Assembly: GCA_963824205.1 (NCBI GenBank)
Contig: CAWGOG010000004.1
Span: 149,934 to 213,933 of the forward strand
DNA from: an uncultured Verrucomicrobiae bacterium
Lineage (GTDB): Bacteria > Verrucomicrobiota > Verrucomicrobiia > Chthoniobacterales > UBA10450
Length of the DNA: 64,000 nt
Direction of reading: 5' to 3'
Shown piece after piece: positions 40,620 through 50,201 of this stretch. The notes beneath the pieces were generated by a model. The model was not told the origin of the DNA. It saw only the letters and a program-made list of their open reading frames with translations, and made no database searches. The position numbers and the translations under genes are program-made. Position 1 is the stretch's first letter, and each line of letters opens with the position of its first letter.

Positions 40620-40638
40620 ATATGTTGATACAACATAT
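40620..40638. promoter_or_regulatory. Putative PadR operator: palindrome ATATGTTG-ATA-CAACATAT abutting the padR start codon
   Basis: The sequence is a perfect 8-3-8 inverted repeat containing ATGT-N7-ACAT. This resembles the ATGT-N8-ACAT PadR-family operator consensus. It sits immediately 5' of the padR ATG on the coding strand. Confidence 0.4.
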
Positions 40639-41087
40639 CGCTCCGATATATAACAGCCGTCAATGAAAAATCATCACCGGTGCCATCCTTACCGCAGAGC
40701 TCGCGCAGACCGCAGAGCGGTTACAAGGTCGAGCCTTTTGGCAATTCATCCTACTCGCACTCATGCTCCCGATCTTGATCGAGCTGAGGATGACTCTTTT
40801 GAATCCATTCAGCCGCAGTCCCGCATCATATATATATGATGCACCGGCTCGCCGTCGGCTCTCTCCTCCTGTGCATAACTCTCGGAGCGGCCTTTGCAGC
40901 AAACGAGCCGCCGACGAAAAACGACAAGGCGTGCCGGCCTGCGGAACAATCCTTAGAAGCGACTTAACGACGCATCAAAATTCTGTTTGCCCTGCCTAGA
41001 CTTCAGTCTTCTTTCGGCGACATCAGTTTGCAGATTCAAAGCACGCCAATTCTTCCATTTTGGCGCCAAAGGTGTTATCGCTGAGCG

Positions 41088-41567
41088 ATGAAAACGACCG
41101 CGCTCTTTTCTCTCATTCTCTCGCCCATGCTCGCCTTCTCGCAACCATCCGCATCACCGGCGAGCGCGCCCGATGCCGCGACCTTGACGCAATTGCTGAA
41201 AGAGTTCCTTGAGGGCGCGGCGCATAACGATCTGGCGGTGCACGAGCGTTTCTGGGCCGACGAGTTGATCTACACGCGCTCGGCCGGCCAACGGCTCAGC
41301 AAGGCGGATATTTTGCACGACATGAAAACGGAAGCGGCCGCGCCGAAGAAACCCGACGAAGGAACGACCACATATGGCGCCGAAGACATTCGCATTTTAC
41401 AATACGACACCACCGCGGTGGTCGCGTTTCGTTTGGTCGCCACGACCAGGAAGGGCGACAAAACCGATGTCTCGAATTACTTCAACACCGGCACATTCGT
41501 AAAACGCGACAACAAATGGCAGGCGGTTGCCTGGCAAGCAACGAAGATTCCGGGAGAAAAGAAATGA
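41088..41567 (+). CDS. Secreted NTF2-like / DUF4440-family protein
   Basis: The 159-aa ORF has a signal peptide (MKTTALFSLILSPMLAFSQ). The region LLKEFLEGAAHNDLAVHERFWADELIYTRSAGQ has the pattern of the SnoaL/DUF4440 fold. Confidence 0.55.
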   Translation: MKTTALFSLILSPMLAFSQPSASPASAPDAATLTQLLKEFLEGAAHNDLAVHERFWADELIYTRSAGQRLSKADILHDMKTEAAAPKKPDEGTTTYGAEDIRILQYDTTAVVAFRLVATTRKGDKTDVSNYFNTGTFVKRDNKWQAVAWQATKIPGEKK

Positions 41568-41884
41568 CCGGCCACTAATAGGTTCTGCCTATCGCCGCCA
41601 GAGGCAGCACGTATTTCACAAAGTCGCGTGTCTAGTCGTTAGTTAGGCATGCAGACATTAACTTTAAGCAGCACTCCCCTGAAGGGCCGGATGCTGGATA
41701 CGAAAGCCACCCCGGTGCGCTTGCGCGCCTTTCGTTTCCTGAGCAAACGCTACGCTCAACGTGAGCGGCCAAGCGTGGTTGCCGAGTTCGCTCTCTTCGC
41801 CATCATCTCGATCACCGCCTCGTGGCCCGTGTGGTCGATGATCCAGGCGCTCAAAGCGATGCGGTAAAAAAAGCGAATTCTTCG

Positions 41885-42781
41885 TCAGCGGCGCTTCAAC
41901 TTGCTGAAGGCTGCGGCGGCCTCCTCGCGGAAGGCCACTGCGGCCTTGCTCTCAACGCGCAGCGGATTTCGCAGCAAAATGAGTTCTCGCGTCGGGACCG
42001 GCGGCGCGAAAGGTACCGCCACGCAACCTTTAATAAATTCCGTTTCCGTCATCATCTCCGGGATGACCGTCACTCCCAGTCCCGCAGCCACCATCCGCGC
42101 GATCGTGACCAACTGAGCGCCCTGCAGCGCCACTTCAGGGTTGAGATGATTCGTGGCCAGCAATCGTCGCACCTGAATCGACACCGAATGCGTTTCGTGC
42201 AAAAGCAAAAACTTCTCCGACGCCAAATCGCGCCACTTGATCGTTTTTCTGGTCGCCAGCGAATGCTTTTCCGGGACGAGCAGCACAAGCGGTTCCTTCC
42301 CTAACGAGTCATAAGCCAGCGTCGAGGTCTGGTCGCCCAGGGACGCGAGCGCCACGTCCAGGGTCCCATCTTCGAGACGCTGAGCCAGTTTTTCGGTCGT
42401 ATCCTCGAACAACTCAAAACTGACTTTTGGGTAGGCCTTCTGAAAATTCCCGATCAAACGCGGCAGGACATAAACCGCGATCGAAGGGATGGCGCCCACC
42501 GACAGTCTTCCGATGACTTCAGTCTCGAGCGCGGCCACAGAGCGGCGGGCATCGGCGATGCCGGTCAAAATCTGCCGCGCATACTCGAGCAGGACACGAC
42601 CGGCTTCGGTAAGAACGACCGAACGCGGCAACCGATCGAACAATTGCTGATTGAGTTCCGCTTCCAGTTTTTGAATTTGCTGGCTTAAGGAAGGTTGCGA
42701 GACGTGTTCCCGTTCGGCTGCGTGCGAAAAACTCCCCTCCTCCGCCACCGCCACAAAATACCGAAGCTGATGAACCTCCAT
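41885..42781 (-). CDS. LysR family transcriptional regulator
   Basis: The 298-aa ORF has the N-terminal HTH MEVHQLRYFVAVAEEGSFSHAAEREHVSQPSLSQQIQKLEAELNQQLFDR. A LysR substrate-binding domain follows. Confidence 0.9.
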   Translation of the reverse strand: MEVHQLRYFVAVAEEGSFSHAAEREHVSQPSLSQQIQKLEAELNQQLFDRLPRSVVLTEAGRVLLEYARQILTGIADARRSVAALETEVIGRLSVGAIPSIAVYVLPRLIGNFQKAYPKVSFELFEDTTEKLAQRLEDGTLDVALASLGDQTSTLAYDSLGKEPLVLLVPEKHSLATRKTIKWRDLASEKFLLLHETHSVSIQVRRLLATNHLNPEVALQGAQLVTIARMVAAGLGVTVIPEMMTETEFIKGCVAVPFAPPVPTRELILLRNPLRVESKAAVAFREEAAAAFSKLKRR

Positions 42782-43112
42782 GCCTTGAGATAGTTATGAG
42801 CCGCCAAGCACGATGATGCCGCCGAGATATTCAGCCGGGAAGGCTTCGACGCAAAGGAATCGAATTAGAAATCCCAGCGCTAACGCACCCTGTCTTCCTA
42901 ATTCGACGGAGGGTCCGGAGTGAACGAGACGCTGGCGTTAAAGGACAACTGAGTGATGTCGGCGGCGGACGGATCCGTGCTCGCGAGCGTCCTGACGCGA
43001 ACCCCGATCTCGATCGCCGGCGTTAACCGTGATCCCGCCCGCGTTGATGTTCGTTGCACTGCGGAATGTCCCAGGGTGATGACGTTGGGAAATCCAAAAT
43101 GAACCGAGGTGG

Positions 43113-43801
43113 TCAATGGGTCGTGACATAGGGCGAAGACAAATGATCGATGCCATTGTTCGGCGCAGAGGGAGAGACAAAGACTTCGAAATCATATTGC
43201 AAGCCTACCACGTTGATCGACACAACCGAGGCCACGAGCAAGTCGGCGCTGACCTGAAGATTTTGGATGGTGCCGCTCGAAGGAACCGGGAAGGAAAAAC
43301 CGCCCGCTTCCGGAGGCGAAGTGGATTGGCCACTCCCATCGATGACTTCGGTGGTGTGATTTCCAAAACCTAACAAGACCGGCGCAGCCGAAACGACGGT
43401 CGCTCCCGAAAGGATGACGCCATTCGAGAAAACAATGAGTCCGGTGCCCTGTCCAGTCGCGCCAGTAGCCCGGCGCCCAGCGGCGGGGCCCGTTGCTCCA
43501 GTCGATCCGGTGGCGCCAGTTGCTCCGGCATTCCGCTCGGGCCGATGGGACCCGTGAGACCCGTCGCGCCAGTTGTTCCATTCGCGCCAGTCGGCCCGAT
43601 GGGTCCGGTAACTCCGGAGGGACCTCGCGCGCCGGTCGGCCCGACAGGACCGGTGGCACCGCGCGGTCCCGTAGCACCGGTGGCGCCGGTTGGTCCCGTC
43701 GCACCTGTCGGCGGAGGCATCTGTTTGGCGGAGCTCGCGCCCGGCGTCATTACGCCGAGGATAAAAAGTAACGAAAGCAGTCTAACTAATTGTAGTTTCA
43801 T
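43113..43801 (-). pseudogene. Collagen-like (GXY) secreted protein with BclA/C1q-like C-terminal domain, with a frameshift near 43510-43520
   Basis: ORF 43370-43801 encodes a signal peptide ([25 protein letters not shown]) and 20 or more GXY triplets, then degenerates. The third frame (ORF 43113-43376 and upstream) continues [15 protein letters not shown]...[39 protein letters not shown]...VSPSAPNNGIDHLSSPYVTTH. Its ATG overlaps the upstream gene's stop as ATGA. Confidence 0.55.
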
Positions 43802-44706
43802 AGGAGATTTCCTGGCCTCAAAGTTTCGATTCCGTCTCGACGTGGTGTCGTTAAGGACCCAGTGGCGCCAGTGATGCCAGTTGCCCCGGTAGGTCCAGTT
43901 GCGCCTTGGAATCGGATGATCACCAGATGTGCTGAGACGGGGTTTGTTCCGCCCGCCAATGGAGTCACGCCGAGAGCAACAGATTCTCCCGCAGGATTAC
44001 GAACCTGAAGAGTCGAATTGATTGTCGACGTCCTCACCAGGGCTGTTTCGACTATTTGGCTGGTCCCCGTAGCCCGTCCGACGACGGTCGAAGGGATTTC
44101 AAGAAACCCTGCGCCCGAATTGAGCGCCAAGACCAATTGACCCGGTTCAGTCACGCTCACCTGGAACGTGACTTGGTAAACACCGGGTTCAGCCAGAAGA
44201 AATGTGTCCGAGCCGGTTCTGACGATCAGACCTGTGCCGCTCGATTCGCCGTCGTTCGGAAATGCCACGGCCGACCCGGGCGAAACTGTGGCCGCATTAT
44301 CGGGCGGCATTAAAGCGAAGAAGTCAGCGTAGTCGGGCACACCGGAAATACCTGAAGCGCCCGTCGCTCCGACCGGTCCGGGCGTTCCTGTCGCTCCAGT
44401 CGCGCCGGTCACGCCGGTCGCTCCGATTGCGCCGGTCGATCCATTTAATCCGGGACTCCCGCTCGGGCCGGTGGCGCCAGTTGGTCCTTGTGCGCCTGTC
44501 GCTCCGGTCACACCACTCGCTCCACTGGGGCCTCGCGGACCCGTGGGTCCAGTCGGGCCGGTTGCACCTCGCGTGCCGGTTGCGCCCGTTGGCCCGGGTG
44601 TACCTCCAGGCGGAGTCGTTTGCGTCGCCGAGCTCACGCTCGCCGTCATCACGCCCACGACAAAAACCAACGAGAGTGCCTGCGCCAATTTGCTGTTCAA
44701 TTGCAT
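43798..44706 (-). CDS. Collagen-like (GXY) secreted protein with BclA/C1q-like C-terminal domain
   Basis: The internal Met of ORF 43798-44847 gives the signal peptide [27 protein letters not shown]. About 30 GXY triplets follow, then a globular C-terminal domain ([58 protein letters not shown]...LVIIRFQ). A short GXY tail ([17 protein letters not shown]) trails the domain. Confidence 0.7.
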   Translation of the reverse strand: MQLNSKLAQALSLVFVVGVMTASVSSATQTTPPGGTPGPTGATGTRGATGPTGPTGPRGPSGASGVTGATGAQGPTGATGPSGSPGLNGSTGAIGATGVTGATGATGTPGPVGATGASGISGVPDYADFFALMPPDNAATVSPGSAVAFPNDGESSGTGLIVRTGSDTFLLAEPGVYQVTFQVSVTEPGQLVLALNSGAGFLEIPSTVVGRATGTSQIVETALVRTSTINSTLQVRNPAGESVALGVTPLAGGTNPVSAHLVIIRFQGATGPTGATGITGATGSLTTPRRDGIETLRPGNLL

Positions 44707-45002
44707 AAAAATCCCTGAGTTACTGAATTGTTCCCCGACAAGATACACAGAATCCACAGCAAGTTTCGCCGCACTTTGAGGAAAAGGTTTGGCACACAGA
44801 GGGGATCGCTTTGATCGCGACCCCAAATGAGCGCTGTTTTGTTCCACTTTCCTTCAAAAAAGTGCGGTTTCCATTATTCCGCATCGTAAGCAGCTTACGA
44901 TATTTTCGATCCCGACTGATTTTGTTCTTTCTGATTTCTGTCCCGCTGCCTCGACCTGGCCTTCGGCATTGACGCTTCGGCTCTCTCTGCCAAAATCGCC
45001 GC

Positions 45003-45815
45003 ATGAAGACTGCTCTCACCATCTCCGCTTCCCTTTTGCTCGCTGGATTTGCTTTCGCGGGGCCGGAACCAATTCAAGGTTCCGGAAAAGAAATGAAGCA
45101 GGTTGCTCCCATGCCGCCCGCCTGCCCTAACTGGACTGGCTTTTATGTGGGTGCCTTCGGCGGCTACAAATTCGCTGCGACCGATATCAATTTAAATCTC
45201 GGTGGACTTTGGAACGGCCCCAACCCCATCGACGTGGCTGACAGAGATGCCGTCAACTCGCAAGCCCGCCACGATTTGGACACCAGTGGCGCCGAAGCCG
45301 GCGGCCTGATCGGATACAATTACCAATGGAACAAGTGGGTTCTGGGAGCGGAAGCTGCCGGGGGCTATCTCTGGTTGCGTAATTCCGACGAGACTGATGT
45401 TTTCGGCGTCAATTTTCCAAGAGACCCGGACACGTATTCCGTCGCGACCTCCTTCAAGACGCATTATCTGTTCACGGCAGCGCCGCGAATCGGCTACGCG
45501 TTTTGTCATTGGCTACCGTATGTGACCGGCGGTCTCGCGCTTGGCGATGTCGATTTTCAACAGGACGTTATCCAGCACAACTTGTCGTTTCGTAACTCCG
45601 GCCGCACCGATGATACCCACGTGGGTTGGATGGTCGGCGGCGGTTTGGAATATGCCCTAACGGATCACTGGCGGTTGCGTGGCCAATACCAATATATCGA
45701 TCTCGGGAACGCGGATTACCACACCGTGGGTGATACCGGTGCCGGCTACACCAGTCATCCATCGATAAACGTGCGCGAGCACAACGCCAGCGTGGCGTTG
45801 ATCTTTGGATTTTAA
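45003..45815 (+). CDS. Outer-membrane beta-barrel protein (OmpA-like/opacity-family porin fold)
   Basis: The 270-aa ORF has a signal peptide (MKTALTISASLLLAGFAFA). Its segments alternate amphipathic Tyr/Gly-rich runs and end with a C-terminal aromatic (ALIFGF), the hallmark of outer-membrane beta-barrel proteins. Confidence 0.75.
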   Translation: MKTALTISASLLLAGFAFAGPEPIQGSGKEMKQVAPMPPACPNWTGFYVGAFGGYKFAATDINLNLGGLWNGPNPIDVADRDAVNSQARHDLDTSGAEAGGLIGYNYQWNKWVLGAEAAGGYLWLRNSDETDVFGVNFPRDPDTYSVATSFKTHYLFTAAPRIGYAFCHWLPYVTGGLALGDVDFQQDVIQHNLSFRNSGRTDDTHVGWMVGGGLEYALTDHWRLRGQYQYIDLGNADYHTVGDTGAGYTSHPSINVREHNASVALIFGF

Positions 45816-45890
45816 TTGCGTCTATTAGTTAGGCAGGCGCCGCTGGGAAACCTTGGACAATAGCCAACGGTCCCTGGACGAATCCGGGCT

Positions 45891-46568
45891 TTGGCGGAGA
45901 ATCTGGAGATTTCCGACGTAGGCGGTTTTATGGAACGCTTCATCGACACTGCGGTTGAGGAGTTCGCCCGTGATCACACGGCGCCGGAATCCGACTTATA
46001 CATTCGTCTCCGGGAAGAAACCTACCGAACGATGGACCGGCCACAGATGCAGGTCGATGTCATCGAGGGCCGTTTTCTCAAAACGCTTGTCCGTCTGACG
46101 GGGGCCCGCACAATTCTTGAGGTCGGGATGTTCACCGGTTACAGCGCGCTCATGATGGCTGAAGGTCTGCCCGATGGCGGGAATCTCATCACCTGTGAGA
46201 TCGATCCGAAAGCGGAAGCGATCGCGCGACGCTACTTCGCGGAGAGTCCTCACGGACACAAAATCAGCATCCGCATGGGTCCCGCCCTGGAGACGATCAC
46301 GACTCTGACCGGCCCGCTCGATCTCGTCTTTATCGATGCCGACAAGCCTAACTACTCAAACTATTATGAAGCCTGCCTGCCGTTGCTCAAACCCGGCGGA
46401 CTCGTCGTGGCCGACAACGTCCTCTGGAGCGGCAAAGTGCTCAATCCGCAGGACGACGACACTCGCGCGATCGTCGCCTTCAACGACTTGGTGCAAGGCG
46501 ACTCACGCGTCGAAAACGTCTGCCTGACCGTCCGCGATGGAATGATGCTCGCTCGAAAACGGACGTAA
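45891..46568 (+). CDS. Class I SAM-dependent O-methyltransferase (family 3, caffeoyl-CoA OMT-like)
   Basis: The 225-aa ORF carries ILEVGMFTGYSALMMAEGLP, DLVFIDADKPNYSNYYEACLPLLKPGGLVVADNVLWSG and a DxDK metal/SAM site. Confidence 0.8.
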   Translation: MAENLEISDVGGFMERFIDTAVEEFARDHTAPESDLYIRLREETYRTMDRPQMQVDVIEGRFLKTLVRLTGARTILEVGMFTGYSALMMAEGLPDGGNLITCEIDPKAEAIARRYFAESPHGHKISIRMGPALETITTLTGPLDLVFIDADKPNYSNYYEACLPLLKPGGLVVADNVLWSGKVLNPQDDDTRAIVAFNDLVQGDSRVENVCLTVRDGMMLARKRT

Positions 46569-46662
46569 CTTCCTTCCGCAATGGCAAATTCTGACGGTCG
46601 CTGCCCTGAAGGCCGGAAACGAGAGCTTGCATCCGCAGGGGCTTTGTAATACGAAACCCTAC

Positions 46663-46962
46663 ATGATGAAAACGAGACTCCTACTCTTCCTGTCCGTCTT
46701 GATCGCGGTGAGTGCGATGTTCAGCCCTTCGGCAAAGGCGATTCGTCTGGAAATTAACGTCGGCGACCGCCCGTATTACGAAGGCCCAGAGTTCTGGGAT
46801 TACGGATGGCATTACGTCTGGGTGCCCGGTCACTACGAGCATCACCATTGGGTTCACGGATACTACGAACGCCACGGCGACTGGAACCACGTTCACCTTC
46901 GGACAATTCATCGGTGGCACCATCATGACCACGACCGTGATTACGATCACGATCATCACTAA
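46663..46962 (+). CDS. Small secreted His-rich protein (putative metal-binding)
   Basis: The ORF has a signal peptide (MMKTRLLLFLSVLIAVSAMFSPSAKA). The mature part is about 75 aa with 20 or more His residues (HYEHHHWVHGYYERHGDWNHVHLRTIHRWHHHDHDRDYDHDHH). A strong terminator follows it. Confidence 0.55.
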   Translation: MMKTRLLLFLSVLIAVSAMFSPSAKAIRLEINVGDRPYYEGPEFWDYGWHYVWVPGHYEHHHWVHGYYERHGDWNHVHLRTIHRWHHHDHDRDYDHDHH

Positions 46963-46989
46963 TTAGATAAACAAATCTCCATTTCGTGA

Positions 46990-47019
46990 CTGGGCGACCT
47001 CGGTCGCCCAGTTTTTTTT
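46990..47019 (+). terminator. Rho-independent terminator (ctgggcgacc-tcg-ggtcgcccag + T8)
   Basis: A 10-bp GC-rich stem with a 3-nt loop is followed by eight T residues. It lies 28 nt after the stop of the His-rich protein gene. Confidence 0.75.
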
Positions 47020-47131
47020 GGGCCAGCTCAATGCCGCTCGAGCAATAGGGGCCAATTAAGTGCCATGGGTTCTGTGATGGAATCATTCGCTAGTTACGCG
47101 TAACCGCCAGGGCGGGGCCGTTTATCTCTGT

Positions 47132-48130
47132 GTGGATCACAACACGCGAAAAGAAGAATCGGCGAAATCAGACTCTGCCTGCGCAAACACTCCACTGGAT
47201 GTGATCATTGTCGGAGGCGGACCAGCTGGCCTGAGCGCAGCCTTGGTGTTAGGCCGGTGCCGGCGGCGCACGCTTCTCTTTGATGCCGGCCATCCGCGCA
47301 ATGAAGCTTCACACGCGCTTCATGGATACCTCACGCGCGACGGCATTCCCCCGGCCGAGTTTCTAAAGATCGGTCGGGAACAGCTGGCGCGCTACGACAC
47401 CATCGAAATCCGTTCCGCGAAAGTCATCCAAGTCGAACGCGGCCAGTGTCACTTCACTGCAACGATCGAAGGGGGCGAACAATTTTCCTCGCGCATGCTC
47501 TTACTCGCCACCGGTTTGGTCGACGAGCTGCCGAAGATAGATGGCTTCCGGCAATTTTATGGCATAACGGCGCATAGCTGTCCCTACTGCGACGGCTGGG
47601 AACATCGCGATCAGCCGCTGGCCGTGCTTGGGTGCAGCAAAGATGCGGCCGACCTCGCCCTCGAGCTCCTGCTTTGGAGCAAAGATGTTATTCTTTGCAC
47701 GAACGGCGCGCCTGAGTGCGGTTGTGATGTCCTCGATCCGATGGAGCGCAATGGCGTGCGCGTCATCGACAAACCGATTGCGCGGCTCGAAGGCACCGGC
47801 GACAAGCTCGAGCGCATCCGTTTTCAGGACGGGAGCGAGCTTGCGCGCACGGCGATTTTCTTTTCACCCGGTCAACATCAGCGCTCGCAACTCGCGGAAC
47901 AGCTCGGCTGCGAATTCTGTGAGGCCGATGGGTGCATCCAGTGCGGTGAAAACACCGCCACGAATGTGCCCGGCGTTTACGCCGCCGGAAATGCGACCCG
48001 CGGTGTGCAACTCGTCATCGCCGCCGCCGCCGAAGGCATGCAAGCGGCCTTCGCCATTAACACCGCGCTGCTGGAGGCTGATGCCAAACGCGGGGAAGTC
48101 CTGGAGACTAGCGTAGCAGGCGAGAAGTAG
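47132..48130 (+). CDS. NAD(P)/FAD-dependent oxidoreductase (thioredoxin-reductase-like)
   Basis: The 332-aa ORF carries the dinucleotide-binding motif DVIIVGGGPAGLSAAL. The region GITAHSCPYCDGWE contains a CxxC, and a second nucleotide-binding region (AVLGCSKDAADLA...GVYAAGN) follows. Confidence 0.8.
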   Translation: MDHNTRKEESAKSDSACANTPLDVIIVGGGPAGLSAALVLGRCRRRTLLFDAGHPRNEASHALHGYLTRDGIPPAEFLKIGREQLARYDTIEIRSAKVIQVERGQCHFTATIEGGEQFSSRMLLLATGLVDELPKIDGFRQFYGITAHSCPYCDGWEHRDQPLAVLGCSKDAADLALELLLWSKDVILCTNGAPECGCDVLDPMERNGVRVIDKPIARLEGTGDKLERIRFQDGSELARTAIFFSPGQHQRSQLAEQLGCEFCEADGCIQCGENTATNVPGVYAAGNATRGVQLVIAAAAEGMQAAFAINTALLEADAKRGEVLETSVAGEK

Positions 48131-48144
48131 CCGCGGAATATTGC

Positions 48145-49059
48145 ATGGCTAAACGGACCTCACTGTCTGCGACTACGATCGCTCTCTTCAAAGAAACCTT
48201 CGACCAATGGTTGAAAGATAAAGCGCCTCAACTGGGCGCTGCCCTCGCCTATTACACCGTCTTTTCTCTGGCACCTCTCGTCATCCTCCTGCTGGCCATC
48301 ATCGGAATCGTTTTTCGTCACGATCCGGCCGGGGCCTGGAGCAGACTGACCGAGCAATTGGGATACTTCCTGGATAAGAGCGCGATCCAAAGCGTGCAAA
48401 GTATCGCGAAACAAGCGGCTCAATCGGAGAAAAATGCCTGGGCCACCGTCCTTGGCATAATCATCGCGCTCTGCGGAGCCGGCGGCGTCTTCGGACAATT
48501 GCGGGACGCGCTCAACACCATCTGGGGCGTCGAAGCCAAACCGGGCGGCGGCGTCTGGGCCTTTTTGCGTTCGCGTTTCCTCTCTTTCGCCATGGTCGGC
48601 GGTGTTTGTTTTGTTCTGCTCGTCTCGCTCACAATCGAAACGCTCCTCCAGGCTTTCAGTCGTTGGATCCAGGCCTTGTGGACGGGTGGTATTGTCGTCG
48701 CCCTGGGAGCTTATTGGATTTTCGATCTCGCGGTTTTGGTTTTTTTCTTCGGCATGATCTTCAAGGTTCTCCCGGACGCACGGATTCGATGGAAAGACGT
48801 TTGGCTAGGCGCGGTGCTGACCGCCGTCTTGTTCGCGCTCGGGAAATGGGCACTCGGGTTCTATCTGGGAAGTGGAAGTGCCGCTTCGGCCTACGGAGCC
48901 GCGAGTTCTTTGGTGACGCTGCTCCTGTGGGTGTATTATTCCTCGCAGATTCTGCTATTCGGCGCGGAGTTCACCCAAGTCTACGCCTGTCAGCACGGCG
49001 GCGGCGCAAAGCCCGATCGTTTTGCCGTTCGGGTTCGGACAAAAGAAATCAAAGGCTAG
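48145..49059 (+). CDS. YihY/BrkB (virulence factor BrkB / ribonuclease-BN-like) family membrane protein
   Basis: The 304-aa ORF carries GAALAYYTVFSLAPLVILLLAIIG ... LWVYYSSQILLFGAEFT, the diagnostic YihY pattern. Six TM helices are predicted. Confidence 0.85.
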   Translation: MAKRTSLSATTIALFKETFDQWLKDKAPQLGAALAYYTVFSLAPLVILLLAIIGIVFRHDPAGAWSRLTEQLGYFLDKSAIQSVQSIAKQAAQSEKNAWATVLGIIIALCGAGGVFGQLRDALNTIWGVEAKPGGGVWAFLRSRFLSFAMVGGVCFVLLVSLTIETLLQAFSRWIQALWTGGIVVALGAYWIFDLAVLVFFFGMIFKVLPDARIRWKDVWLGAVLTAVLFALGKWALGFYLGSGSAASAYGAASSLVTLLLWVYYSSQILLFGAEFTQVYACQHGGGAKPDRFAVRVRTKEIKG

Positions 49060-49219
49060 CAGCTCCGCCAACCCCCAGAGATCGAACAGTGCTCAGAACA
49101 CGCTTGCAATGTCGTTAGCTACTCAAGAAATATGCTCTTGAGAGCTTGACCGGTTAAATCGGTCACTCTCAAAAACACCTTCGTCTCTTTCGTTATTCCG
49201 CAACCCAACACCGCAATTT

Positions 49220-50047
49220 TCAGCGTCTGTTTGTGCGCCTTGGTCGGGTTAAGGCTGATCGATTCGTTGAGATGGAGCTTGGCGCATCGGCATATGCCAT
49301 CGGCGGGCACGGCTGTTGGCTCTGGCTTTGAACGGGAAGATATTGTGTCGATTTGGCGAGTGACACCGGAGAAATGGAGGGTCGAGCTCCCGCGGGACCG
49401 ATAAGCGGGGTCGCAGGACTAACGAGTGGAAGGCGGCTTCGATCATTCACGCCGCTGGCGACGCGCGTTGTCGGCGCGAAAGAGCCGGCATTAGACACGC
49501 GATATTTGCGGACGCCGTCATACGCGTAAATCGGCAGGTAGATCATCGGATCTAGCTCCGCCGTTCTGACCGGTGTTTCGTTGAAAGTCGGATCGAGCAC
49601 AAAAGTTCCGGCGGTCGTTTCCCATTCCAACCAGGCGTGCGTGACCGAGTCGTAAATGTGATGTTTCCCAATGACGAGCCAGAGGTTCGTTGCGCCGTTC
49701 TGCCGCATCTTTGCGTAAAGTGCCAGCGCCTTGCCTTTGCAATCGGTCGCCTCGAGCGTCGCCGACTTCCGCCGGCGTCTGCCAGTACTTGGAATAGTGA
49801 TAAGGAATCGCGCGCAGCTCGGTCATCCACTGGTCCAGCGCGAGCGATGAGATCGAACTCGATCTTTCCGTCGGTGCGCGCGTCGCCAGCGTGAAGCTGA
49901 CGCGAACCATCTGACGATCGTAGGGCGTTTTCGAACATTGAAAAAAACCGGCTGCCCAAACGCGGAAACGGAAGCGATCCCGATGAGCAGAGCAAAAATC
50001 AGGAAGCGTTTACGTAAAAACCAGGCGGTTAGGGCGAGCGCAGGCAT
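49220..50047 (-). pseudogene. Fragmented hypothetical gene (N-terminal signal-anchor, then at least 2 frameshifts)
   Basis: Overlapping minus-strand ORFs in three frames (49823-50047, 49518-49910, 49220-49708) each carry protein-like stretches. Examples are MPALALTAWFLRKRFLIFALLIGIASVSAF, ...YHYSKYWQTPAEVGDARGD... and ...HHIYDSVTHAWLEWETTAGTFVLDP. No single long ORF exists. Confidence 0.3.
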
Positions 50048-50201
50048 ATGGGAGCTGCATCCTGCCTAGCAGCGCGTGTGCCCGGCTCAATCTAGACCAC
50101 AGATAACGGACCACTGACTACCGACCACCGACAAATCCGCGATCCGCAATTCAATTCCGTCTTTAAACCCACAGCTTGCCGTCGTCGTCGTTTCGGCTTA
50201 G

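Noticed and set aside
49138-49175. Hairpin gagagcttgaccggttaaatcggtcactctc after the yihY-like gene as a terminator
   Set aside because: The stem is followed by an A-run rather than a T-run on the plus strand. On the minus strand the T-run precedes the stem. Neither orientation gives a canonical intrinsic terminator.
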